From assembly GCA_028288995.1 (NCBI GenBank), contig JAQGHF010000004.1, forward strand, positions 57,204 through 121,203: 64,000 nucleotides of DNA, read 5' to 3'. Of this stretch, positions 18,139 through 28,230 are shown piece by piece (the stretch's first letter is position 1; every line of letters starts with the position of its first letter). Both the position numbers and the translations under genes were made by a program. A model generated the notes under the pieces. The model was not told the origin of the DNA and made no database searches. It saw only the letters and a list, made by a program, of their open reading frames with translations. Source of the DNA: Candidatus Saccharimonadota bacterium (GTDB taxonomy: Bacteria; Patescibacteriota; Saccharimonadia; Saccharimonadales; Saccharimonadaceae).

Positions 18139-20763
18139 TTATTTGCGGCCGGTTTTACGGTTCTGACGCTGGCTCTTCTTTTTCTTACGAGCAGCGTTTT
18201 TCTTGTGGTTTGCTTCAGATGCAGTTTCAGCTTTCTGCACATTAAAGTCGCCATCACGGTTCGATTCACCAGAGGTGACTTCGTTCACACCCTTTTCGAC
18301 AGCATTTTCAGCAAGTCGAGTCAGTTCTGTTTCGTGGCGTTCTGCAGCGCGCGCAACAGCGTCTCGTGCAGATACGTGAGTAACAGCGCGGAGTACTTCA
18401 TCGCGGAGGGTCGCCTGGAGACTATCAAAGAGTTTTTGAGATTCACTTCGGTATTCAACGAGTGGGTCACGTTGTCCAACGCTTCGCCAGTGAATACCAT
18501 CACGAAGGTGCTGCATGTTCTCAAGGTGTTGCATCCAGAGTGTGTCGAGGACTTGAAGGTACACTTCACGCTCAACTTTACGAAGTGCGTCGATTTCGAT
18601 TTCCTCTTCTTTTGCTTTATAAAGTTTTGTGACTTCCTTTAGTGCAAGTTCGTAGCGAGCTTTGTCGTTTTTCTCGGCACCAATTGCCTTAAGGCGCTTG
18701 TCGCTGAGCGGGAAAATCTCTTCAAATTGTGCATTGAAATTCTTGTTGTTCTTGGCAGGAAGCAGTGTTAAGTCGTGCACTTTCGCTTCAATCAGACGTT
18801 CAATTTCGGTCTTGATATCCGCACCTTCAAGAATCTTGCGACGGATCGTATAGACGACACGACGATGACGATTAATCACGTTGTCGTACTGGACAACGTT
18901 CTTACGAATGTCAAAGTTGAAGCCTTCGACACGTTTCTGTGCTGCTTCAAGTGTGTTTGAGACCATCTTGTGTTGGATTGGTGTGTCATCATCCATACCA
19001 ATACGACCCATCAGGGTTGAGATACGCTCACCTTGGAAGATACGCATCAGGTCATCTTCGGTTGAGACGTAGAACTGGGTCAGTCCTGGGTCACCTTGAC
19101 GTCCACCACGACCACGAAGCTGATTGTCGATACGACGTGATTCGTGGCGTTCTGAACCAATCACAACCAGTCCACCGAGCTCAGTCACCCCTTTACCAAG
19201 CTTGATGTCGGTACCACGACCAGCGATATTGGTTGCGAGTGTAATTGCGCCCTTTTCACCAGCCTTTTCAATAATCGCTGCTTCACGTTCGTTGTTTTTC
19301 GCGTTCAAAATCTCAAACGGAACTTTAGATTTCTTGAGCCAGTCAGCAATCAGTTCATTCTTTGCGATTGAAGCTGATCCAACCAGCACAGGACGTCCTT
19401 CTTTGTGATATTCCACGATAACGTCTGCAATTGCCTTCAATTTCGCCTTTTCAGTACGGAAAATGAGATCTTGTTGGTCATCCCGCTTTATAGGCATGTT
19501 TGAAGGAATCTGGACAACATCGAGGCTGTAGATCTGTTGGAATTCCTCTGCCTCGGTAAAAGCAGTACCGGTCATACCAGAAAGTTTCTTGTACAAACGG
19601 AAGTAATTCTGGAATGAGACGGTCGCAAGCGTCATGCTTTCTTGAAGCACGTCTACTTTTTCTTTTGCCTCAATTGCTTGGTGAAGTCCTTCGTTGTAGC
19701 GACGACCTTGCATCAAACGACCAGTAAATTCGTCGACGATAATCACTTCACCGTCATTGCTCACCACGTAGTCTTTGTCGCGTTTGAAGAGTGTCTGTGC
19801 GCGCAGTGCTTGGTCAAGGTGATAGACAGAGCGAACGTATTCAGGACTGTAAAGGTTCTTGACACCAAGGAGGCGCTGAATCTTATCCACACCGTCATCG
19901 GTCAATGCAACCATCTTTCGCTTTTCATCAAGCGTGTAATCTTCTGGGACAAGGTTTGCTGCGACTTTCGCAAACTGGATGTAGCTTTCTGGGTTTTCGG
20001 CTGCAGGAGCGCTAATAATAAGTGGTGTACGAGCTTCGTCAATCAAAATCGAGTCAACCTCGTCGACGATCACGTAGTGAAGATCGCGTTGGCGAAGCAA
20101 CTCAACTTCGTCGACCATGTTATCGCGCAGGTAATCGAACCCAAATTCATTGTTTGTACCGTAAGTAATGTCTGCAGCGTAGGCTTCTTTTCGAGTTACC
20201 GGACGAAGGTGCGTGAGACGTGGATCGTCGTGTGACGCATCGGCAGTGTAGCTTGGGTCAAAGATAAATGAAGCGTCGTTAATAATAACGGCGGTTGAAA
20301 GACCAAGGAAGTGGTAGAGCTCACCCATCCATGCGGCGTCACGCTGCACAAGATAGTCGTTGACTGAGACAATGTGTACGCCTTTTTCCTCAAGCGCATT
20401 GAGGTAGGCAGGAAGTGTCGCAACCAGCGTCTTACCTTCACCGGTTTTCATTTCGGCAACGCTACCTTCGTGAAGAACCATACCGCCAATTAACTGAACA
20501 TCGAAGTGACGCATGCCAAGGATACGGGTGCTTGCTTCGCGAACAAGTGCAAATGCATCAGGAAGAATAGAGTCGAGCGACTCACCCTTTTTCTGAAGAC
20601 GCTTCTTCAGGACTTCTGTTTGTTTCTTAAGATCAGTCTTTGAGAGTTTTTTGTACTTCTCTTCAAGACCGTTAATCGTAACGACTTTTTTCTGTAGCCG
20701 CTTAATTGTTTTCGCTTGAGGATCACCAAAAATTTTGGTGAGTGCACCTTGTCTACTAATCAT
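18139..20763 (-). CDS. secA: Preprotein translocase ATPase SecA
   Basis: MKTGEGKT, DEVDSILIDEARTPLIIS, TNIAGRGTDI, RIDNQLRGR. Confidence 0.98.
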   Translation of the reverse strand: MISRQGALTKIFGDPQAKTIKRLQKKVVTINGLEEKYKKLSKTDLKKQTEVLKKRLQKKGESLDSILPDAFALVREASTRILGMRHFDVQLIGGMVLHEGSVAEMKTGEGKTLVATLPAYLNALEEKGVHIVSVNDYLVQRDAAWMGELYHFLGLSTAVIINDASFIFDPSYTADASHDDPRLTHLRPVTRKEAYAADITYGTNNEFGFDYLRDNMVDEVELLRQRDLHYVIVDEVDSILIDEARTPLIISAPAAENPESYIQFAKVAANLVPEDYTLDEKRKMVALTDDGVDKIQRLLGVKNLYSPEYVRSVYHLDQALRAQTLFKRDKDYVVSNDGEVIIVDEFTGRLMQGRRYNEGLHQAIEAKEKVDVLQESMTLATVSFQNYFRLYKKLSGMTGTAFTEAEEFQQIYSLDVVQIPSNMPIKRDDQQDLIFRTEKAKLKAIADVIVEYHKEGRPVLVGSASIAKNELIADWLKKSKVPFEILNAKNNEREAAIIEKAGEKGAITLATNIAGRGTDIKLGKGVTELGGLVVIGSERHESRRIDNQLRGRGGRQGDPGLTQFYVSTEDDLMRIFQGERISTLMGRIGMDDDTPIQHKMVSNTLEAAQKRVEGFNFDIRKNVVQYDNVINRHRRVVYTIRRKILEGADIKTEIERLIEAKVHDLTLLPAKNNKNFNAQFEEIFPLSDKRLKAIGAEKNDKARYELALKEVTKLYKAKEEEIEIDALRKVEREVYLQVLDTLWMQHLENMQHLRDGIHWRSVGQRDPLVEYRSESQKLFDSLQATLRDEVLRAVTHVSARDAVARAAERHETELTRLAENAVEKGVNEVTSGESNRDGDFNVQKAETASEANHKKNAARKKKKSQRQNRKTGRK

Positions 20764-20867
20764 TACGTACCCCCGCCTTTCAGGAAATTGTTCAGTCTAT
20801 TTGCTTTAGGTATTATTATACGATTTTATGGGGTAGTTAACAAGGATTTTAGACAACAATTATGGGG

Positions 20868-21245
20868 TTATTCGACCTGTTCTGCTGCCTGAGTACGCTT
20901 AAATCGACTGAGTGCGCGTCGATTCGCAACATGCGTAATCGTCTCCTGCTTGTATTTACGCATTTGGTTAACAAGCTTGGCTTCGACAATGTCGATAGCT
21001 GCGAACATATTCACGGTTGAGTCTTTCGCCGTGAGGCGTTTATCGGGAACGTTGATGATAATTTCGGCTTCATATTTGTTGCCGTGATCACGATTCACCT
21101 GTTTTAATTTCACGTCAGCAGTCACACTTTTTCGAGCATGCCGTGGCAGATATCTATCGAGTCGGGCGATTTTTCGCATGACATATTTCTGAACCTGGTC
21201 CCCTGCAATATATTTTACGCCGGTGATATCAATTGATGCTATCAT
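20868..21245 (-). CDS. hpf: Ribosome hibernation factor (HPF/RaiA)
   Basis: KIARLDRY, AEIIINVP...LTAK, MFAAIDIVEAKLVNQMRKYK; upstream of secA. Confidence 0.88.
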   Translation of the reverse strand: MIASIDITGVKYIAGDQVQKYVMRKIARLDRYLPRHARKSVTADVKLKQVNRDHGNKYEAEIIINVPDKRLTAKDSTVNMFAAIDIVEAKLVNQMRKYKQETITHVANRRALSRFKRTQAAEQVE

Positions 21246-21323
21246 CTACCCTCCGTTTCCGTCAGTTATTGATACTTTTAGTATACTCTCGTGGTACTTA
21301 GAGTGGGCTGTATTTTTATCTGA

Positions 21324-22622
21324 CTAGATAACTTCTTTTCCGCCAAGGTACGGACGAAGGGCTACTGGAACACGAATCGTCCCATCTGCATTCTGACCAT
21401 TTTCGATAATTGCAATCATTGCACGACCAAGTGCAAACGCAGTGGCATCATTGGTGTGGATCAATTCAAGTTCACCAGATTCGCGGCGGACACGAGTATT
21501 CAAACGACGCGCTTGGTAGTCAGTCATGTAATCGGCTGTGTGTGTTTCACGGTATTGCTGTTGGCCAGGAAGCCATGCCTCCATGTCGATACCACGTGCG
21601 TTTGGCTTACCGATATCAGCAGTACATTTTTGAATGACACGGTACGGTACTTCAAGTTGGGTTAAAAGATATTCTTGAATGGCAACAAAGAAGAGGTGCT
21701 CGTTCATGCCAGTTTCTTTCGTTGCAAAGCTTTCCATCTCGAGCTTATCGAATTGGTGCATGCGAAGAATGCCTTCCATGTCTTTTCCATAGGTTCCTGC
21801 CTCGCGGCGAAAGCTGGTTGCGTAGCCCAAGTAACGAACCGGTAAATCTGACTCTTCGAAGATTTCATTGGCGTGCATGCTGCCAAGCACATGCTCAGCA
21901 CTTCCCTGCAACCATAGGTCATCATTCTCAAGCTTGTAACGCTCATCCTGAGGCTCCAAACGATCCATAGCGTCATAGAGCTCTGTACGAATCATAAGTG
22001 GTGGCAGCACTGGCGTGAATGGCTTCAGTGATACGGCAACGTTTGCGTTTATCGCGATACCAGCCAACACTGTTTCGTCACTCAAGGCATTAATCACAAA
22101 TTGGACGATGGCGAGCTGCAAGCGAACAAGATCGCCCTTGATGTACGCAAATCGACTTCCGGCTACTTTGGCAGCACGCTCCTTATCAAGCCAACCGCGT
22201 TCATTTGCAATATCAGCATGGTTACGTGGTTCAAAATCAAACGTCGTGGGTGTGCCTACTGTTTTTGCGACGATATTCTCGTCTTCTGAGGCACCGACTG
22301 GCACATCTTCAGCAGCCATGTTCGGAACTTTTTTAAGGAGTGTTAAGAATTCAGTATCAACCACGTTCAAGGCAGTCTCTTTTTCCACAAGCTCAGCCTT
22401 TATGGCGCGACCTTCGTCGATCGTTGCCTGGTCGGGCTTGCCACCTTGCATCTTTGAGGCATTGGCATTACGTCGCTCACGCAGTTCATCGACTTGCTGC
22501 AACAAAGCTCGTTTTTCGGCATCCCGCTCCAAAATTCGCGCAATATCAACATCGTAGCCCTTTTTACGAGCATTTTCTTGAACAGCTTCAGGATTCTCCC
22601 GAACAAAGCGAATATCTAACAT
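21324..22622 (-). CDS. serS: Serine--tRNA ligase
   Basis: MLDIRFVREN, GSAEH, FRREAG, RMHQFDKLE, HTNDAT. Confidence 0.97.
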   Translation of the reverse strand: MLDIRFVRENPEAVQENARKKGYDVDIARILERDAEKRALLQQVDELRERRNANASKMQGGKPDQATIDEGRAIKAELVEKETALNVVDTEFLTLLKKVPNMAAEDVPVGASEDENIVAKTVGTPTTFDFEPRNHADIANERGWLDKERAAKVAGSRFAYIKGDLVRLQLAIVQFVINALSDETVLAGIAINANVAVSLKPFTPVLPPLMIRTELYDAMDRLEPQDERYKLENDDLWLQGSAEHVLGSMHANEIFEESDLPVRYLGYATSFRREAGTYGKDMEGILRMHQFDKLEMESFATKETGMNEHLFFVAIQEYLLTQLEVPYRVIQKCTADIGKPNARGIDMEAWLPGQQQYRETHTADYMTDYQARRLNTRVRRESGELELIHTNDATAFALGRAMIAIIENGQNADGTIRVPVALRPYLGGKEVI

Positions 22623-22654
22623 ACGACAATTATATAACAGATTCTAACAGATCC

Positions 22655-23938
22655 CTATTCGGTACGTAGGGCTTCAATTGGGTCAAGGCGTGAAGCTTTC
22701 CGAGCCGGCAAAATTCCCGCGCCAACAGATATGAGAATGAGTCCAACAATCACGATAGCAACCTGGGTCGGTGCAAACTTCAAAAGAGAAATGTCACCAA
22801 GATTCAGCGCCTTTGTAATCAATGGGTTTGCCAATGTTCCAACAATAAACGCGAAGCCAGAGCCAATGACACCGCCAAGGAATCCGACCCAAGCGGCTTC
22901 ATACTTGAATAGCCGTCCGACATCGCGTGCGCTCATACCAAGCGCTTTCATGAGACCAATCTGCTGCGTTCGCTCTAGGACACTGATGTACTGCGTATTA
23001 ATGATCCCGAAGACCGAGGTCAGTACTGCCAGCGCGCCAAAGCCAAGCAGAATACCGAGTAAGACATTAATGAAGGTATTAACCGTTCCAAGCACGTCTG
23101 CAGCAGTCTGCGCATCATAGCCTTTGCTAGCGAGAACACTCTTTATATCACTTGCCTTGCTTGCGTCCTTCACATGGACAGAAGTAAGTAAGAATTGACC
23201 ATAGGCTGACGTACCTTCGTTCACATATGTGTAAATATTTTTCGCTTCGTTAATTGAAATAAGCATTGAGCTTTGTGACCTAAACGCGAGTCCAGATTTG
23301 CTACTCACCGCCTTGACCACAAATGTATAGTCTTTGGTCTGTGGCACCTTTTCAAAACTCGTAGAAAGCTTGGTAGCGTTAATCACAACTGTTTTTCCGA
23401 CTGCATCAGCGGCATTGGCAAAGCCAAGTACCGCCGCGTAATCCTGAGTCAGGATAATCTCATTATCACCAAGCTCGCCGCTGACTGAACCGGCAGCATA
23501 CTCGAGTGCCACGCTTGGACTATATGTCGCCAGCGTTGCAACGTACTTTTTCTGACCCTCAGTTGTAATATAGTTTACTGACGGTTCATAGTTTGGAGTG
23601 ACACTTTCAACGCCATCAATCTTTTGAATATCGGCGATATCGGCATTTGAGATTGTTGCAACACTGCGACCAAGTGGACCTGTTGACGTTCCACCCGTAT
23701 TGGGAGCATATTCTTGAATAGCATTTGCCTGTGGTGCCTTTTTCGTCACAAGAAGTTCATTGACGTCCGTATTGGCTTTCACGATCGCATCTGTATAGTC
23801 ACGGCCCCCCTGTCCGCCTGCAAGACTTAAAGTAATCGTAAACGCACCAACGCCAATAGCGAGGCTTGTGAGAAGTGTTCGCGCTTTTGCCTGGCGAAGG
23901 CTTCGTCCAGCGCGTCGAATTGTATCAGAGATTTTCAT
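22655..23938 (-). CDS. MacB/FtsX-like ABC permease
   Basis: RTLLTSLAIGVG, SVLERTQQIGLMKALG, PARKASRLDPIEALR. Confidence 0.92.
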   Translation of the reverse strand: MKISDTIRRAGRSLRQAKARTLLTSLAIGVGAFTITLSLAGGQGGRDYTDAIVKANTDVNELLVTKKAPQANAIQEYAPNTGGTSTGPLGRSVATISNADIADIQKIDGVESVTPNYEPSVNYITTEGQKKYVATLATYSPSVALEYAAGSVSGELGDNEIILTQDYAAVLGFANAADAVGKTVVINATKLSTSFEKVPQTKDYTFVVKAVSSKSGLAFRSQSSMLISINEAKNIYTYVNEGTSAYGQFLLTSVHVKDASKASDIKSVLASKGYDAQTAADVLGTVNTFINVLLGILLGFGALAVLTSVFGIINTQYISVLERTQQIGLMKALGMSARDVGRLFKYEAAWVGFLGGVIGSGFAFIVGTLANPLITKALNLGDISLLKFAPTQVAIVIVGLILISVGAGILPARKASRLDPIEALRTE

Positions 23939-24642
23939 TATGCGATCTCCCCTTCGCTCGTCTCTTTCAAGCCTTTTGTTGAATAGATCTTACCATCAAC
24001 AATTTCGATCTGAGCATCACATTTACCCGCTAGATCGGGATCATGCGTCACAATGATCAGTGTTGCCTTGTTGGTTCGCGAATAATTAAAAAGGAAATCC
24101 TCGACAACCCCGCCGGTTACCGAGTCGAGGTTTCCGGTTGGCTCATCAGCAAACAAAATCTTTGGTTCATTGACGATAGCACGAGCGATTGCAAGACGCT
24201 GCTTTTGACCACCTGAAAGGTTGGCGGCTTTAACACGAATCTTGTCACCCAGTTCGACTGCAGCGAGCGCAGCCTCAACTTTCGCACGTCGTTGTCCTCT
24301 GGAGACTTCGGCAATTTCAAGTGGCAACACGACATTGTCATAGCAAGTTTCATTCGGCTGGATAAAGAAGCTCTGGAAAATAAAACTCATCTTTGATGCA
24401 CGAAAGGCATCAATCTTGCGCTGCTTTAACGTCAGAATATTTTCGCCATCAATAACCACTTCACCAATTTCAGGTCGATCAAGTCCGCTCATAGCATGCA
24501 TTAAAGTTGACTTACCACTTCCTGACTTCCCGATAATCGCAATTGTCATCCCGTCAGGAACGTCAAAACTAATATTGTCGAGTGCTAAAAAAGCATTCTG
24601 TTTTTTCCCGTACGTCTTTGTAATGCTCTTAATCTCAATCAT
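23938..24642 (-). CDS. ABC transporter ATP-binding protein (LolD/MacB type)
   Basis: GKSGSGKST, LSGGQ, ADEPTGNLD, VTHD. Confidence 0.94.
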   Translation of the reverse strand: MIEIKSITKTYGKKQNAFLALDNISFDVPDGMTIAIIGKSGSGKSTLMHAMSGLDRPEIGEVVIDGENILTLKQRKIDAFRASKMSFIFQSFFIQPNETCYDNVVLPLEIAEVSRGQRRAKVEAALAAVELGDKIRVKAANLSGGQKQRLAIARAIVNEPKILFADEPTGNLDSVTGGVVEDFLFNYSRTNKATLIIVTHDPDLAGKCDAQIEIVDGKIYSTKGLKETSEGEIA

Positions 24643-24659
24643 ATGTACCTACTATAGAG

Positions 24660-24691
24660 GAAAACCCCGCTAAGCGTTAGCAGGGTTTTCT
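24660..24691 (-). terminator. Probable terminator after lysS
   Basis: GAAAACCC-cGCTAA..TTAGC-aGGGTTTTC hairpin. Confidence 0.55.
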
Positions 24692-24714
24692 AAAGAACAG
24701 TCTGAACAAAAAAG

Positions 24715-26226
24715 TTAGTCAAATTTGATGTCGGGGTAGATTCCCTTTGTCACTTCGTCGTATTCGTAACGAAGTTGCGGGAACGGCACACCTTCGCGCG
24801 CGGTTACCCCTTCGAAGATCCAGAACACACGTTCACTATATCCCCAACCTACGGCTGGTGGCATACCGTATTCGAGCATTTCGATAAAGTCGATATCGAG
24901 CATCATCGCCTCATCGTCACCGCTATCACGCATCCCTTGTTGCTCTTTAAAGCGGTTCAGCTGGTCGATTGGGTCGTTTAACTCGGAGAATCCATTACCA
25001 AGTTCAGATCCAGCAATCACCGGTTGGAAACGCTGCACAACGTCGGCGTTGTTTGGATCAGTTTTCGCAAGCGGACTAATAAAGGTTGGTGTATTGACCA
25101 GCCAAACAGGTCCCGCGACGCCTTTACGAATATTCTTCCAAAGTTTATCGATACCGCGAGCACGATTTTCGGTCTTCTCTACTTCTAGTTTGTTGTCAGC
25201 GAGCGCTTTCTTCACGTCATCAAGAGATGATTCGAACACATCAATGCCGTATCGCTCTTTAATAACGGTTGCGTAGTCCCACACTTCCCATTCTTTACCC
25301 ATGTTGACGTCAAACTCGCCAAGCTTAAATTGCAGTGTTCCAAACGTCTTTTGCAGCACGTCTTTATACATTGCCTCCATGAAGTTTTTGCCATCCTGCC
25401 AGTTGGCGTACGCCCAGTACCACTCCATTGCAACGTGCTCTGGAAGGTGTTCATCACTATAGTTTTCGTTTCTGAAACGCGCACCGATATCATAGACTTT
25501 TTCAAAACCTGCGCCGATAAGACGTTTTAAGGGAAGTTCGTGACTAATACGTAGGTAAAAATCTTGATCCAAAGCGTCCATGTGCGTCACAAACGGAGTC
25601 GCATCGGCACCACCAGTGGTGTGTTCGAGGACTGGAACATTCACTTCAATAAAATCATTGTCATTAAGGAAATCACGAGTTGCTTGCCAGAACTTGCTAC
25701 GGCGCACAAAACGATCACGCACGTCCTGATTGACGTTCATGTCGATATAACGACGGCGCATGCGCTCTTCTTTGTTTGTAAAGCCTTCCTGTGCGCTTGG
25801 CATTGGACGAAGTGACTTTGTCAGCAAGCGAAGTTCTTTCACAAAGACAGATACTTCACCGGTTTTGCTCTTCCCTACTGATCCAACGGCTTCAATAAAG
25901 TCACCTGTATCAAGTAGCGGAAGGTCTTCAATGCCAAGACGGTTTGACTCCACATCACGCGGTTCAACCTCAGCTTCGTTGAGGTAAAGCTGCACTTGAC
26001 CGCTAAAGTCTTTGACAACAATAAATGCGAGCTTACCGAATTTACGAATCGCTAGGATACGCCCTGCAACCGTCACCGTTTGATTCTCGAGCGCATCGAA
26101 ATCAGAAATAACTACACCCGCATTGTGCGTGCGATGTGAATCAGCCGGATAAGGATTAAATCCAATAGTTTTTAGGTCTTCGAGTTTGCGAAGCCGTTCG
26201 TCGCGGAAGTCTTTTAGTGTTGCCAT
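24715..26226 (-). CDS. lysS: Lysine--tRNA ligase (class II)
   Basis: VAGRI..IRKFGK, GGADATPFVTH, LRISHELPLKRL, FRNE, ELGNGFSELNDP, GMPP. Confidence 0.97.
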   Translation of the reverse strand: MATLKDFRDERLRKLEDLKTIGFNPYPADSHRTHNAGVVISDFDALENQTVTVAGRILAIRKFGKLAFIVVKDFSGQVQLYLNEAEVEPRDVESNRLGIEDLPLLDTGDFIEAVGSVGKSKTGEVSVFVKELRLLTKSLRPMPSAQEGFTNKEERMRRRYIDMNVNQDVRDRFVRRSKFWQATRDFLNDNDFIEVNVPVLEHTTGGADATPFVTHMDALDQDFYLRISHELPLKRLIGAGFEKVYDIGARFRNENYSDEHLPEHVAMEWYWAYANWQDGKNFMEAMYKDVLQKTFGTLQFKLGEFDVNMGKEWEVWDYATVIKERYGIDVFESSLDDVKKALADNKLEVEKTENRARGIDKLWKNIRKGVAGPVWLVNTPTFISPLAKTDPNNADVVQRFQPVIAGSELGNGFSELNDPIDQLNRFKEQQGMRDSGDDEAMMLDIDFIEMLEYGMPPAVGWGYSERVFWIFEGVTAREGVPFPQLRYEYDEVTKGIYPDIKFD

Positions 26227-26247
26227 ATCAGTAGTAAGTATATCAAA

Positions 26248-27651
26248 TTAATTAATCTTTAACTTCGAAATGCCAAAGATCGTTTTGATTAATGCTTTCT
26301 TCTTTTGAATGGGCAGCTGGCCTTTGATAGTTATCTTGTCATGAATAGTTGGCAAATTCGTCGAATGATATGCCTTGCGAAGCCGCTCATAAGCCTTTTT
26401 GTCATACATTGACCAAAACTCTTGTTCAGTAAAGTATGAGTACGCATATGACCACTTTTTTCCTTCCAACTGCAATACGCGCTGCTCGATGGCTCGATTC
26501 TTCTCGACGAATTCGCCATAGTTCGTAATCCCGGCACCCCAGACACCAACATTAATAATCGACGTCGTCTTGAGATTGTTCAATTGAAATGTTGCTTTGG
26601 TATCAACCAACATTGGGCAGAGCCATAGTGGATACGTGTGCAATTCTTGATCGACAAACTGACAAAATTTCACGAAATTTTTTGCTGGCAGTACAAGATC
26701 TTGCACAATGTGCTGTTGCGACTGTCCGCTTTCTTGTAATGCTTGATACAGTTTTCGAGTGTTTAATAATGGATTAAGTATGAACCGTGTCACTCGGTTG
26801 TATGGAACCTTAAACATCGAGAAAGCAAACCGTCCTACCCAAAACGCACCACGATCATAGCGAAACAGATAGTCCTCAAGCGGCACAGTTTCTTTCCAAC
26901 CCTTCACATGTGTCAAAACGGATGACTCAACATGCAAGTAATACCATTGATCGCGTGCACGGTGGAACTTTACTATAGTGCCAACCGCCCTATTGCTTAG
27001 AACCCCTTTAATAATGACGCCCCTGTCTTTTGAGAACATGATGCCATCGATAAAATCGTTTGTCTTATTGCGACTGAGCGATTCGATAACTTTTTTTGCT
27101 TCGCTAAAGTTGTGAACAACGACGTATTCAAGTACCACGTACTTCTTTGCAGGAATGAGTTGCAATTCCGCGACCGTCAGGATACCCAGCGTTCCTGCAG
27201 TACCAGGGACACCATAAAATAGATCGGGGTGTTTGTCTGTGGCTGTCTGTAGAACTTCACCATTGCCTGTAATGATTTCATGCGACGTGACTGTTTGATT
27301 AAAAGCACCCCATTTGAACGAGCTGCTCTCACCACCATTCCCTTGAATTGCGCCACCAACCGTAATACCCGGAAATTCCATAACAACAGGTGGGATAAGA
27401 CCACGCCGTAGTGTCGCCCGAACTAACTTGTCCATCGAAACGTTTGGCTCAACGTGCGCGAGGCGTTTCTTCACATCGATAGCGAGAATGCTGTGTAAGT
27501 CCGAGATATCAACGAACTCATTCTTTTTAAACTGCAGGACACGTGTAGAGTTCGTGCTGCCATGAAATACTCTAAAAGGCGTTTTGCTTTTAGAAAACGC
27601 GGCGATTTGTGCTGAGATACGAGCTACTTTGGCTGCGTGTATATCATCCAT
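26248..27651 (-). CDS. FAD-linked oxidoreductase, Delta(24)-sterol reductase (DHCR24/DWF1)-like
   Basis: VEPNVSM, PVVMEFPGITVGG, YLFRYDRGAFW, IVQDLVLP, YPLWLCP, NVGVWG, GKKWSYAYSYF. Confidence 0.8.
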   Translation of the reverse strand: MDDIHAAKVARISAQIAAFSKSKTPFRVFHGSTNSTRVLQFKKNEFVDISDLHSILAIDVKKRLAHVEPNVSMDKLVRATLRRGLIPPVVMEFPGITVGGAIQGNGGESSSFKWGAFNQTVTSHEIITGNGEVLQTATDKHPDLFYGVPGTAGTLGILTVAELQLIPAKKYVVLEYVVVHNFSEAKKVIESLSRNKTNDFIDGIMFSKDRGVIIKGVLSNRAVGTIVKFHRARDQWYYLHVESSVLTHVKGWKETVPLEDYLFRYDRGAFWVGRFAFSMFKVPYNRVTRFILNPLLNTRKLYQALQESGQSQQHIVQDLVLPAKNFVKFCQFVDQELHTYPLWLCPMLVDTKATFQLNNLKTTSIINVGVWGAGITNYGEFVEKNRAIEQRVLQLEGKKWSYAYSYFTEQEFWSMYDKKAYERLRKAYHSTNLPTIHDKITIKGQLPIQKKKALIKTIFGISKLKIN

Positions 27652-27676
27652 AGAGCTTATTTTAACAGAGATAGGT

Positions 27677-28132
27677 CTAGTTAATTTCAGCGATCTTATA
27701 GGTCACGCTACCCTTAGGTGTCGTGATAGTTGCGTCGTCACCGACTTTTTTGCCAAAAAGCGCTTCACCAATTGGTGATTCGTTGCTGATCTTACCCTCA
27801 AGTGGGTTAGCTTCAACAGGACCGACAATTGTATAAGTTACTGTTTTGCCGTCAGTTGTTAGTTCAACTTTGCTTCCAAGGTCGATAATCGTCTTGCGAC
27901 CACCCTTGATGATGTCCGCATTATTGATAATGTCTTCAATTTCAGCAATTCGAGTTTCAAGAAGACCCTGCTCTTCACGGGCGGCGTCGTATTCAGCGTT
28001 TTCGCTAAGGTCACCAAAGTCACGAGCTTCAGCAATCTTGTCAGCAACATCGCCACGACGTGACTTTAAAGCAGCCAACTCGATCTCGAGTTCCTTTTTT
28101 CCTTCAGCAGTGATTTGATAATGTTTCTTCAT
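27677..28132 (-). CDS. greA: Transcription elongation factor GreA
   Basis: EARDFGDLSENAEYDAA, ISNESPIGEAL. Confidence 0.97.
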   Translation of the reverse strand: MKKHYQITAEGKKELEIELAALKSRRGDVADKIAEARDFGDLSENAEYDAAREEQGLLETRIAEIEDIINNADIIKGGRKTIIDLGSKVELTTDGKTVTYTIVGPVEANPLEGKISNESPIGEALFGKKVGDDATITTPKGSVTYKIAEIN

Positions 28133-28230
28133 AAATTCTCTTTCTTGAAATAGGTGCCTGCAGATTAAAAATTTCTTTTTAAGGCGCCCTACACCACATA
28201 TAGCGTAGGACGCCTGCTTTGCATCTCTAT

